A stretch of 64,000 nucleotides of DNA, taken from a virus (lineage: Duplodnaviria > Heunggongvirae > Uroviricota > Caudoviricetes). A model generated the notes under the pieces. It saw only the letters and a list, made by a program, of their open reading frames with translations. It was not told the origin of the DNA and ran no database searches. Where the stretch lies: IMG/VR virus record IMGVR_UViG_3300049597_000059. The stretch is one strand, 5' to 3'. Positions 48,606 through 59,600 of this stretch are shown piece after piece. The translations under genes were made by a program, and so were the position numbers. Numbering within the stretch: the first letter of the stretch is position 1; each line of letters opens with the position of its first letter.

Positions 48606-51600
48606 ATGAGTTGTAAAGTAAAGTATATAGAGAACAATTATAGAGCTGACCATCCTATATTGGCTGATCGATTAACAGACATCTATCACTCAGTATGGAA
48701 AAGCATCACCAAGTCTAATCTTTTTAGAAAGTATGGTGAAGGTAATACAGCAACATATTTATTCTCTCCTGCAGGAACTGGTCAGAACAAAAAACAGTTA
48801 GAGCTTATCAATAAGATAAACAAGGAGTTTAATGCTCCTGAAGGAAAGTCTTTGGTTAGATCTAAACTTACAGTGGCAGGTACCAACTCTAAGGTGGAAG
48901 TTGATGTAAATCCACTTGCTCAACAAGAATGGGAAAAGATTGCTGTACAGGGAACATTGTTTCAAAAGCCTACAGATACAGTGAGTTCTAAAGCTTCTCC
49001 TAAAACACTTGCTATAGTTAAAGACTTCTTAACTCGTATAGGGGTTGATATTAAGCAAATGGACAAGGTTGTTGTGAATGGTGTTAAGGTGGATGCTAAT
49101 GGTGCTGCTTTGATTACACAAAAGTTAGTACAGGTTGTTGAGGGTAAGGAAGAAGTAGCTCTTACAGAAGAAGCTATGCACTTTGCTGTTGAAATAATCC
49201 AGCAATTAGATCCTAAATTATTCAACAAACTATTGAAAGAAATCAACAGTTATAACATATTAAATGATGTGTTTCGTGAATATGGATCTGATCCAAACTA
49301 CCAAACTGCTGATGGTAAGCCTGATGTATTAAAGCTTAAGAAAGAAGCTATTGCTAAGGTGCTTACAGAGACAGTTATAAATAAGAACGAAGGCTTAACA
49401 GAAAAGCCTGAGTTAATAGCCAAGGCTGAGAGCTGGTGGCAAACAATTGTAAACGCTCTTAAATCTTTATTCCAAAAGTCTGGATTTGACCAAGCTGCAA
49501 TGCAAGTGTTATCTGGAGAGTTTGTTGGAACAGTTGATGAGCTTAGAGATTCTGAGAACGATGTTTACTTACAAAAGGATAAACAACAACAGATATACGA
49601 TTCTATTATAGATCTTAAAGCTAAGGTTGTTAAGAAAGATGATGGATACTATGTAGATGGAGTGAAAGTTCTTAGAAGAGTTACTGACTTAGTTAGTGAC
49701 TGGTACGATAGAAGATTCAAAGCTAATGACTTAACTAAGAGTGAGTTTGCTAAAGCTGTAGATGATTTAAAGGCTGAGAAGGGTACAGCAGGACATGCTG
49801 ATATTGAACATGCATTTGAATTATTTGTAGATGCTGATGGTTTCTTAAGACCAGAACCTCTTAATGATGATGGATATGTTTCTCAACTAGATCCTAATGA
49901 TAGGACTATGTATGAAACATTAAAGGCAAATCTAAAGGAACGTTTGAATTCATTCCCTAAAGAAAATGGTGGTACGAGGTTTATGTCTGAGGCAATTGTA
50001 TATGATCCTAAGCGTAACTTAGCTGGTACTATTGACTTCTTAGCTATTGAACCTGATGGTAAGACAAACATCCTTGACTGGAAGTTTATGGATCTTAACG
50101 TAGATAAGTATGATGACATTCCTTGGTATAAGGTGAATGCTTGGAGATTACAGATGGAGCAATACAAAGCTATTCTTCAAAATACATATAATGTTAGTCC
50201 TCAAGACTTTAAGCAAACAAGAATGATTCCTATTAAAGCATTCTACTCTCAGGGTAATGCTAAAACTGGAGACCTTCCTAAACTTCAATCAATTAAGATA
50301 GGTGATGTTAGTGTTAAAGCTATTCAAGATGACTATCTAATTCCTGTAGGTCTTGAAGGAGAGAAGACAGGTAATAAAAAGATTGATGCTCTTATTGAAA
50401 AACTTAATGCTGTATACAAACAGATTTCTGAAAAGAAAGCTCTACCTTCTGAGAAGCTATCTAAAGCTGAGCAGTTGAATGCTCTCTTTACAGCAATCAG
50501 ACAGTTACAAATGAAAGGAAACGTTAAACCTCTATTGTATCAGGCTAAGGTGCTGAACAAGCAAATCAAAACTACAATTGATACTTACAATACTACATGG
50601 GCTGGTAAAGACCCTAAGTCTTTTAGTGAGGAAGAAATGAACACCTTTCAAGAAGAGATTGAAACAGCACAAGATGCTCTTGATATGTATACAAAACTAG
50701 ACTCTGAACTTAGATTCTTATTCCTTGGAGATTTATCAGAAGAAGATAAGAAGATTAAAGAAGAGCTTAGAGATACAGCAGATGATGCTAGAGATTTACA
50801 AAGTGATTTAAACACTGTAGCAGAAGAGTTTGCAGATACAATTATAGCAGGTAGTGTTGAGGTAGATAACTTATTGTCTCCTGAAAAGATTATCAAGGGT
50901 ATCACTAGATTCTTTTCTTCTACCACTACATTACAGTTGAAGGGAGTGGAGGTGTTGTTTAAGAAAGCAAATAAAGCTTTTGGTTTATCTTCTATGGACA
51001 CTCTTACAGAGACTAAAAGACTACAAGATTTAAAAGAAGCATATGATAAACTAGCTGCTTCCAAAGGATTAACAATCAAAAACTACTTTGACTTAATCAA
51101 GAAGAAAGATAGTAACGAACTTATAGATGAGTTTAATCCTGAGTTCTATAAAGAACTAAGAACTAAAATCAATGATAAAGACTATGCTTGGATTAGAGAA
51201 AACGTTGATGCTCAAGAGTTTAAGAAGTCTTTAGATGAGAAGTTAGAAGAAGAGTATAAGAGAATTGATGATAAAGCTAGAATAGGTACAGATGAAGAAA
51301 TCAACTCTGCAATTGTAAGAGAGAAGAATGATGCTAAGAGGAAGTACGATGCAAGTACTTCAGAATCAATTGGTTGGTTACAATATGACCTAGTTAAAAA
51401 GTTCCCTGATAGATCTAAGTGGGAATCTAATGAATGGAAAGAACTACACAAACCTGATAACAAAGCTGCTCTTGACTTCTATAATTATATTATAGAGAGG
51501 AACAATGAATACAAAGAGATTGGTTACATCAATAAAGCTGAAGCTAGAACGTTCCTTCCTTATGTAAGAAAGGGGTTGATGGAAAAGATTATATTTGGTG

Positions 51601-53549
51601 GAAACATATCTTTAGGAGAGCAATTCCTAAGATCAATATCTATTGATGAAGGTGATGTTGGATTTGGTAAGACAAACCCACTTACAGGTAAACCTATTGA
51701 TACAATCCCTACATATTTCACTAGAGAGATTGAAGGTGAGGTGAGTACAGACTTATTTAGAACAATGGCTCTATACAATGAGATGGCTATTAAGTATAAG
51801 TATTTAAGTAATATTGAGGCTCAAGCTAGAGCACTTGTACGTGTAGAGAGGAATAAGAAAGCAATTGCTACATCTGTATTTGGTAAAACTGAATACAAAG
51901 ATGGTGTGTTACAATACACTCCAGATAACAATGAGAACACTAAGCTTGTTGAAGACATGGTAAAAGCTATTGTTTATGGTCAGAAGTATTTACAAAGTGA
52001 TAGCTTTGATCAGCTACTAGGTAAGTTTGGTAAGTTTGGAGAGAAGATAAATAAAAAGATTGGTTACAACATCTTCCCAGAAAACCTAGAGGGAAGACAA
52101 GTTAGTATCAATAAGGTGATTGATCAGTTAAATAACACATTCCAACTTAAAGCATTGGGACTCAACGTGTTATCTGCTACATCCAACTTATTTGGTGGTA
52201 CAGCTCAATCAATTATTAACTCAGGTAAGTATTTTAATCCTAATGATTTTATTGGTACAGAGCTTTGGTTAGCTGCTGGTAAGATGAATGGTGAAGATAA
52301 GAAGATGATGATAGGTGCTCTTGAATACTTCCTACCGTTAACAGATAATTATAATAAAGAAATAGCTAAGAAGCTGTCTCTCAATAAGTTAAGTCAAGAG
52401 AATATTCAAGAATTCCTAATGGTGTTAATGAGGAACTCTGACTTACACGTACAGACAGTTAACTTCTTTAGCTTTCTTAAGAACTCTATTGTTGAGGATG
52501 GTAAAGTTGTAAACGCTAGAGAATTCCTAAGAGCTACCCCTGAATATGCTAACAGGTATCAAGGAACAGCAGAACAAAGAAAAGCTTTAGAACAAAAGTT
52601 TGAAGAAGACGTTAAGAAACTTGTTGAAGAAAAAGGTGTACTAAAATTAGGATCTGTGGTGAACAATGAGTTTGTTATACCTGGAGTGGATAGAAAGTCT
52701 GACTCAGTATTAGATGTAAGAAGAAAGGTACAGTCTTTAACTAAAGATGCATTAGGATCTTTATCAGAAGATGATGTTCGTTTAATCAACATGAGTATTT
52801 ATGGTAAGTCATTCATGATGTTTAAGAACTGGATTCCTAGACTTGTGGATGTAAGAGCTGGTAACTTAAAATACAACTCTGCATCAGATGCTTATGAGTG
52901 GGGTAGAATGAGAATGGTGTTTAGAGTGATGTCTGAGGACTTATTAGGAAGCTTAACTAACTTAACTAACTCATTGCAAGCTAATGATAAAGGTGTTGAG
53001 TTTATGAGAACATTGTTTGAGAAGAAGAAAGCTGACTATGAAAAAGAAACAGGCAAGGAACTTAAAATGACTGAGGCTGAATTCATGGACCTAGTTAGAA
53101 AGAACATTAAGTCTCAGATGATTGACGTTATATTTATGCTTACACTATACGGATTATTCCTTGGACTAAAAGCAAATGCTCCTGATGATGATGAAGATGA
53201 AACAGTTAAGAACCAATACAAGTTCTTATTAAAAGCTTCTGATAAACTTAAAGATGAGATCTTATACTTCTATGACCCAACTAGTATTACAAGTCTAGTG
53301 TCTTCAGGTATATTCCCATCAATAGGACACATCACCAACTATAAAACATTGGTTAAGAACTTTATGACTGAGAACTATGCTATAGCTGTAGGGGATGAAA
53401 AACTCCAAGAAAAGAACTATGTTGTTAAGTATTTACTACGTTCTTTCCCTGTAACTAGTCAGGCTCAGGGTATGCTTCCAATGTTCTTCCCAGACCTAGC
53501 TAAGGACTTAGGTATTAAAGCACAGTCTCAATCTGGTTTCCTAAGATAA
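48606..53549 (+). CDS. large cargo protein (1647 aa) containing a RecB-family PD-(D/E)xK nuclease-like domain
   Basis: GTIDFLAIE (motif II), NILDWKF (motif III D-x-K), LQMEQY (QhxxY) in the canonical order and spacing at about 50025-50165; C-terminal hydrophobic helix MIDVIFMLTLYGLFLGL. Confidence 0.45.
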   Translation: MSCKVKYIENNYRADHPILADRLTDIYHSVWKSITKSNLFRKYGEGNTATYLFSPAGTGQNKKQLELINKINKEFNAPEGKSLVRSKLTVAGTNSKVEVDVNPLAQQEWEKIAVQGTLFQKPTDTVSSKASPKTLAIVKDFLTRIGVDIKQMDKVVVNGVKVDANGAALITQKLVQVVEGKEEVALTEEAMHFAVEIIQQLDPKLFNKLLKEINSYNILNDVFREYGSDPNYQTADGKPDVLKLKKEAIAKVLTETVINKNEGLTEKPELIAKAESWWQTIVNALKSLFQKSGFDQAAMQVLSGEFVGTVDELRDSENDVYLQKDKQQQIYDSIIDLKAKVVKKDDGYYVDGVKVLRRVTDLVSDWYDRRFKANDLTKSEFAKAVDDLKAEKGTAGHADIEHAFELFVDADGFLRPEPLNDDGYVSQLDPNDRTMYETLKANLKERLNSFPKENGGTRFMSEAIVYDPKRNLAGTIDFLAIEPDGKTNILDWKFMDLNVDKYDDIPWYKVNAWRLQMEQYKAILQNTYNVSPQDFKQTRMIPIKAFYSQGNAKTGDLPKLQSIKIGDVSVKAIQDDYLIPVGLEGEKTGNKKIDALIEKLNAVYKQISEKKALPSEKLSKAEQLNALFTAIRQLQMKGNVKPLLYQAKVLNKQIKTTIDTYNTTWAGKDPKSFSEEEMNTFQEEIETAQDALDMYTKLDSELRFLFLGDLSEEDKKIKEELRDTADDARDLQSDLNTVAEEFADTIIAGSVEVDNLLSPEKIIKGITRFFSSTTTLQLKGVEVLFKKANKAFGLSSMDTLTETKRLQDLKEAYDKLAASKGLTIKNYFDLIKKKDSNELIDEFNPEFYKELRTKINDKDYAWIRENVDAQEFKKSLDEKLEEEYKRIDDKARIGTDEEINSAIVREKNDAKRKYDASTSESIGWLQYDLVKKFPDRSKWESNEWKELHKPDNKAALDFYNYIIERNNEYKEIGYINKAEARTFLPYVRKGLMEKIIFGGNISLGEQFLRSISIDEGDVGFGKTNPLTGKPIDTIPTYFTREIEGEVSTDLFRTMALYNEMAIKYKYLSNIEAQARALVRVERNKKAIATSVFGKTEYKDGVLQYTPDNNENTKLVEDMVKAIVYGQKYLQSDSFDQLLGKFGKFGEKINKKIGYNIFPENLEGRQVSINKVIDQLNNTFQLKALGLNVLSATSNLFGGTAQSIINSGKYFNPNDFIGTELWLAAGKMNGEDKKMMIGALEYFLPLTDNYNKEIAKKLSLNKLSQENIQEFLMVLMRNSDLHVQTVNFFSFLKNSIVEDGKVVNAREFLRATPEYANRYQGTAEQRKALEQKFEEDVKKLVEEKGVLKLGSVVNNEFVIPGVDRKSDSVLDVRRKVQSLTKDALGSLSEDDVRLINMSIYGKSFMMFKNWIPRLVDVRAGNLKYNSASDAYEWGRMRMVFRVMSEDLLGSLTNLTNSLQANDKGVEFMRTLFEKKKADYEKETGKELKMTEAEFMDLVRKNIKSQMIDVIFMLTLYGLFLGLKANAPDDDEDETVKNQYKFLLKASDKLKDEILYFYDPTSITSLVSSGIFPSIGHITNYKTLVKNFMTENYAIAVGDEKLQEKNYVVKYLLRSFPVTSQAQGMLPMFFPDLAKDLGIKAQSQSGFLR

Positions 53550-53626
53550 AATAGGGTGAATTATTGCTATATTATGTGGCATTCTTCATCGTAACTCATT
53601 GAAAATAAACTATATTCATTAACTTT

Positions 53627-53663
53627 GCGAATGTGTTCCATGCACATTCGCTTTGTTATATTT
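53627..53663 (+). terminator. Rho-independent terminator (GCGAATGTG-ttccatg-CACATTCGC + TTTGTTATATTT)
   Basis: Perfect 9-bp inverted repeat, 7-nt loop, T-rich tail, 78 nt after stop of the 1647-aa gene. Confidence 0.6.
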
Positions 53664-53687
53664 ACAATACACTTCTAATCTATTAAT

Positions 53688-56600
53688 ATGGACATTACTT
53701 GTTCAGCTGAACCGTGCCCGATTATACTAAATTCTACCTGCGTATTCTACGAGGGTAACACTTTGGTGTATACAGGTATTAATACTAACGACAATCTTCA
53801 GACTGCTTTACAGAAAATAGATCAAAAGTTTCAAGACGCTGGTTTAGGTTATATATTTACGAATGGTATTGAACAACTAACTCCTGGTGGTGCAGTTATG
53901 TTGGGTGGAGCATTGATTCAAAACACTACAATTGGTGGGTTATACAATCTTGCATTTGCTGGTACATTGGAAGCATCTGCTCTCATCACTACAGGCGGTA
54001 CATCTTCAGATTTTGTAAAGGGTGATGGTAGCTTAGATCCAACTAGCTATCAGCCAGCAGGCAATTATATTTCAAATTTAACAGGTGATGTAACAGCTAA
54101 CGGACCAGGTTCTGTAACTGCTACACTAGCAACAGTATTTGGTGCACCTGGAACATATGGTAATTCAGGAAGCGTTCCTCGTATTACAGTGGATGGTAAG
54201 GGTAGGATTACAAATGTTACCCCTGTAGCAATCAACTATCCAGCTCAATCATTAAGTTTTACAGGCGATGTAAGTGGATCTGGTTTCACTGGATCTCCAG
54301 TTACACTAACATTAGATACAGTTAATTCTAATGTATACGGAAGTAACACATTCCTTAAGTTTGCTGTAAATGGTAAAGGTCTTGTGACCTCTGCTGCTCC
54401 TGTTACACAAGGAGATATTGTATCTGCATTAGGGTATGTACCAGTTCCTACAAGCAGAACGTTAAGTATTAATGGTGTAACCTATGACTTATCTGCAAAT
54501 AGAAACTGGTCTGTAGGTACTGTGACAAGTGTGCAACTTGCTATGCCTCAAGCATTTCAAATCACAACACCTCCTGTAACTTCTTCAGGAACTATAAATG
54601 TTATAGCAACAGGATCGATAGCTCAATATATAAGAGGTGATGGTACCTTAGGTAACTTCACAGCTACAGCAGGTACCTCTGGTACTGCAGGTACAAGCGG
54701 AACATCTGGCACTAGCGGTACAACAGGTACTTCTGGAAGTTCAGGTACAAGTGCTACATCAGGGTCATCAGGGTCATCAGGTATAGATGGCACATCTGGT
54801 ACAAGTGGAACCACAGGAACTTCAGGTAGCTCTGGTACATCTGGCAGTTCAGGAACTGCTGGTACAACAGGTACATCAGGTACAGCAGGTACCAGTGGAA
54901 GCTCAGGTACTACAGGTACTAGTGGCAGTTCTGGAACCTCAGGATCAAGTGGTACAGCAGGTACAACAGGTACGTCTGGAACCAGTGGTACAGATGGAAC
55001 AGGGGGAACTTCTGGGACAAGTGGTACTAGTGGATCCTCTGGAACCACAGGTACGTCAGGTACTACAGGAACAAGTGGATCTTCAGGTACTGATGGTTCT
55101 GGTGGAACATCTGGTACATCTGGTACTAGTGGCACCAGTGGAACAAGTGGGACTAGTGCAACTGATGGTACAGGAGGTACTTCTGGTACATCAGGAACAA
55201 CAGGTTCATCTGGCTCTTCAGGTACAACAGGAACTAGCGGATCAAGTGGAACTAGTGGTAGTGCTGGTACATCAGGCACCACAGGTACAAGTGGGACCTC
55301 TGGAACATCAGGAAGTTCAGGAACATCTGCAACAGATGGTACTGGAGGTACTAGTGGAACTAGTGGGACATCAGGTACTTCTGGAACCACAGGAACTAGT
55401 GGTACTACAGGTACGTCTGGCTCTTCAGGAAGTAGTGGAAGTTCAGGTTCTTCAGGTACCACTGGAACAAGTGGCACAAGTGGAACAGCAGGTACATCAG
55501 GTATAAATGGTGTATCTGGAGGACTTATATACTATCTAAATCAATCATTAAATACAAGTTCTGCTTTTGGCAGTCCTACATATAAGCAGTGGTCTCCAAT
55601 TGGAACAGGCACTGGGGAACAAACTATAACAACAAGTATTGCAGGTTCTACAAGAACTCTCTTTGCTACATATGCTACAGATTCAAATGTTCCAGGTATA
55701 ACAAGTATACCTTCAGGACTTTGGGCTTGGGTAACACACTTCTCTATCAACGCTAATGTTAGCGTTAAAGTGGATATAGAGCTTTACAAATGCAACTCTA
55801 CAGGTGGAAGTGTAGTGTTTCTTGGAACAACCAACCTTGACACTGAATCAATGTCAAGTGGTGTTATCAAAGAATTTTTCACAGACTTATTCCTTCCTCA
55901 AACTGCAATGTTATCTACAGATAGACTTTACTGTCAAATCTATGTAGAGCATACAGGTGCAGGAAGTCAAAGCATTACATTCTATACAGAAGGAACAAGT
56001 AATTATTCATACGCACAAACCACATTCACTCCTCCTAGTGGTACTTCTGGATCTTCAGGTACATCAGGTGTTGGAGGAACTAGTGGCACATCTGGCACTA
56101 GTGGAACTGATGGTACGAGTGGAACTAGTGGTGTAAGTGGATCTAGTGGTACAACTGGTACCTCTGGAACTACTGGAACCAGTGGGTCTTCAGGAACTGC
56201 AGGCACAAGTGGAACTGATGGAACAGGAGGAACAAGCGGTACTAGTGGTACGACAGGCTCTTCAGGTTCTAGTGGAACAACAGGTACAAGTGGGACAAGT
56301 GGTACGTCTGCAACAAGTGGAACAAGTGGCACAACAGGAACTTCTGGCTCTAGTGGCTCAGCAGGTTCTAGTGGTACGTCTGGTACTAATGGAACAGGTG
56401 GTACAAGTGGTACTTCAGGAACCACTGGAACATCAGGTTCTTCTGGCAGTAGTGGCATCAATGGCACATCAGGATCCTCAGGTACTACAGGATCCTCAGG
56501 AACATCTGGTATTAATGGATCTAATGGCACCTCAGGTACAGCTGGTTCTTCAGGAACAAGTGGTACAAGTGGAACCAATGGTACAGGTGGTACGTCAGGT

Positions 56601-59600
56601 ACCACAGGTACATCAGGCTCTAGTGGTACATCAGCCACAAGTGGTACGTCTGGTACAACAGGAACCTCTGGTACAACAGGCTCTAGTGGGTCTAGTGGTA
56701 CAACAGGAACCAGCGGTAGCTCAGGAACAAGTGGAACTTCTGGCACCAGTGGTACGTCAGGTACAAGTGGTAGCTCAGGTAGCTCTGGTAGAGATATTGG
56801 TTCTAGTGCTGTTATTATATTAGGTGCTGGGACATGTTCATCAGTTAGGTGTGGTGTTTTAAATGCTGCATCAGGGAGCTGTAGCTCTGTCGTAGGTGGT
56901 AAGAACAATGCAGGATTAGGTGTATCTTCTTTTATTGGGGCAGGTATTTTTAACACTGCTTGTGACTACTCATTAGTAGGGGCAGGTAGTTCAAATACTG
57001 CTTCAGGATATATATCAACAATTGGAGGAGGTTTTAGTAACACTGCATCAGGTAGTATATCTTTTATTGGAGCAGGAAATGTTAATACAGCTTCAGGATG
57101 TACTTCTGCTGTTGTAGGAGGTCAAAGCAATATTTCATCAGGTGCTTTTAGTTTTGTAGGAGGAGGATGTGGAAACTGTGGAAATAATTCATATTCTACA
57201 AGTATTGGAGGTCAAGCAAATGTGGCTGTTGCAAATTTTGCTACAACGTTAGGAGGATATAATAACTCAGCAAGTGGATATAATTCAATTGTTGGAGGTA
57301 GAAGTAACACATCAAGTGGAAACTATTCAGGAATATTTTCAGGTAAACAAAATAGTTCTTCAGGTATTTATTCAGCAGTATTAGGTGGACGTCTAAATAC
57401 AGCATCAGCCAATTGTTCAACAATAGGTGGCGGTCAACAAAACGTAGCTTCAGGAGCTTGGTCATTTATTGGAGGTGGTAATTGTAATACTGCTAATAAT
57501 AATAGGTCAATTGTAGTAGGAGGGCTTCTGAATACATCTTCAGGACTATATTCAACAGTTGGTGGTGGTAGTTATAATACTGCATCAGGAAGATATGCTT
57601 TAGTAGGTGGAGGTTCATCAAACACTTCTTCAGCTTATGGTTCAACAGTATCAGGAGGATATAAAAACTGTGTAATAAATACTAACGCTACTATTGGTGG
57701 TGGTCTTTGCAATTTTATATGTAATGCAACAACAGTTATTTCTTCAGCAGGTGCGACTATAGCAGGTGGGGTTGGTAATAACACAAGTGGTGGTACTTGG
57801 AATGGTTGTAGATTTAACAATCCTCCTACAGCATTTTATGCAGCAGGATGTTTATCTTTTATTGGTGGGGGTTATCAAAACAGAGCCACTGCAACTTACT
57901 CTACAGTTGTAGGAGGTTATTTAGGAATATCTACAGGATGTTTTTCTTTTATTGGTAGTGGATATAATAATACTGCTTCAGGTAATTACTCAGCAGTAGT
58001 TGGTGGTGATTCAAATACAGCCAATGGAGGTAATGCATTTGTTGGTAGTGGTTTAGGTAACGTAGCAAGTGGAAGCAGGTCAGTTGTTTCAGGTGGTCAG
58101 TCCAATACTGCATCAGGAGGATTTTCATTAATAGCAGGAGGTAGGCAAAACACTTCTTCAGGTACTTATTCTCTTGTTACAGGAGGTTATTTAAATTGTT
58201 CTTCATCAACTTGGTCTACAGCAGGTGGTGGTAAGCAAAATACAGCATCAGGTTATATATCAACGGTTGCAGGAGGATGGCAAAACACAGCTAACGCAGA
58301 TAGTTCTTCTGTATTAGGTGGTGGTAAAAATGGTGCTACAGGTGCTTATTCAACTATTTCAGGAGGATATTTAAATAGTTCAGGTGGAGCTTTCTCAGCT
58401 GCTTTAGGAGGACTTCAAAATTCTGCATCAGGAGTTAGGTCTTTTGTAGGTGGAGGACAGGCTAATACTGCTTCAGGATGTTTTGCAACTGTTGCAGGAG
58501 GTTGTGGTTCAGTGGCAAGTGGTTATTCCTCTGTATCAGCAGGTTTTGGAAGTAATGCGTCAGGGGGGTATTCAGGTGCTTTGAGTGGTAGTTTTAATAC
58601 AGCATCAGGAAGTGAATCAGTAGTTTCAGGAGGTGCATCAAATACAGCATCTGCTTATACATCATTTGTAGGTGGTGGTGGTAGTAATATATCTTGTGGT
58701 ATAGCTTCAGTAATAGCAGGTGGTAAATCTAATACAGCTTCAGGTGGTTGTTCTACAGTAGCAGGAGGTTGTGGTAACACTGCAACTTGTCGCTTTGCGT
58801 TTGTAGGTGGAGGTAGATTAAACTCAGCAAGTGGTGCTTATGATGCAACTATAGGTGGTGGTTATTTTAATATAGCTTCAGGAACATACGCTTCTACTGT
58901 AAGTGGTGGGTACAATAACTGTTCTACAAGCCACATGAGTACAGTTGGTGGTGGTAGATTCAATACTGCCTCAGGATATTGCTCTACAGTTAGTGGTGGT
59001 CATAGTAACTGTGCAACTGTTGAGGGAGCTGCTGTAGCAGGTGGTTCTACCAACTCTGCAACTTCTAATCATTCTTTTGTAGGAGGTGGTCTTCAAAACA
59101 CAGCTAATGCTATTAGAGCTACAGTAGCAGGTGGAAGATGTAATACTGCTTCAGGTAATTGTTCATTTATTGGAGGAGGAGATATAAATACAGCTTCAGG
59201 AGCACATTCAACTATTAGTGGGGGTTTAACTAACACAGCAAGTGGTTATCGTTCTTTCTTAGGGGGTGGTCAAAGCAATACAGCTAATAACGATTGGGCT
59301 GCTTTAGGAGGCGGTAGAGCAAACTGTGCCAATGGTGCATATTCAGGAACTTTTAGTGGTAGATACAACACTTCTCCAGGTGCTTATGCTTTTACAGGAG
59401 GTGGATATAATAGTACGTCTAGTGGTAATTTTTCAACTGTTGCAGGTGGTCGTGACCATACAGCATCAGGATATAGAAGTTTTATTGGTAGTGGTAATTC
59501 AAACACTTCTTCAGGAGATTCATCTGCTATTGTAGGTGGTCAGCTAAATACTTCTTCAGGAAGGTGTTCTTTTATAGGAGGCGGTAATTCAAATACAGCA

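Noticed and set aside
330-53000. Many 60-190-aa minus-strand ORFs embedded in large + strand genes (for example 2363-2710, 9214-9534, 35874-36197, 45558-46124, 50648-51079)
   Set aside because: They are fully nested antisense to long, motif-supported + strand genes. Their translations are Ser/Leu-rich and typical of antisense frames in an AT-rich genome. The + strand genes are uniformly close-packed.
54623-56956. Long ORFs on both strands (54623-55477 -, 54787-55506 +, 56003-56956 -, 56137-56823 +) translating to PVVPEVP… or QVQQ… low-complexity proteins
   Set aside because: They lie entirely within the collagen-like GGN-ACN-AGY repeats of the 2221-aa fibre gene. Stop-codon depletion in triplet repeats produces open frames in all phases, so these are artefacts.
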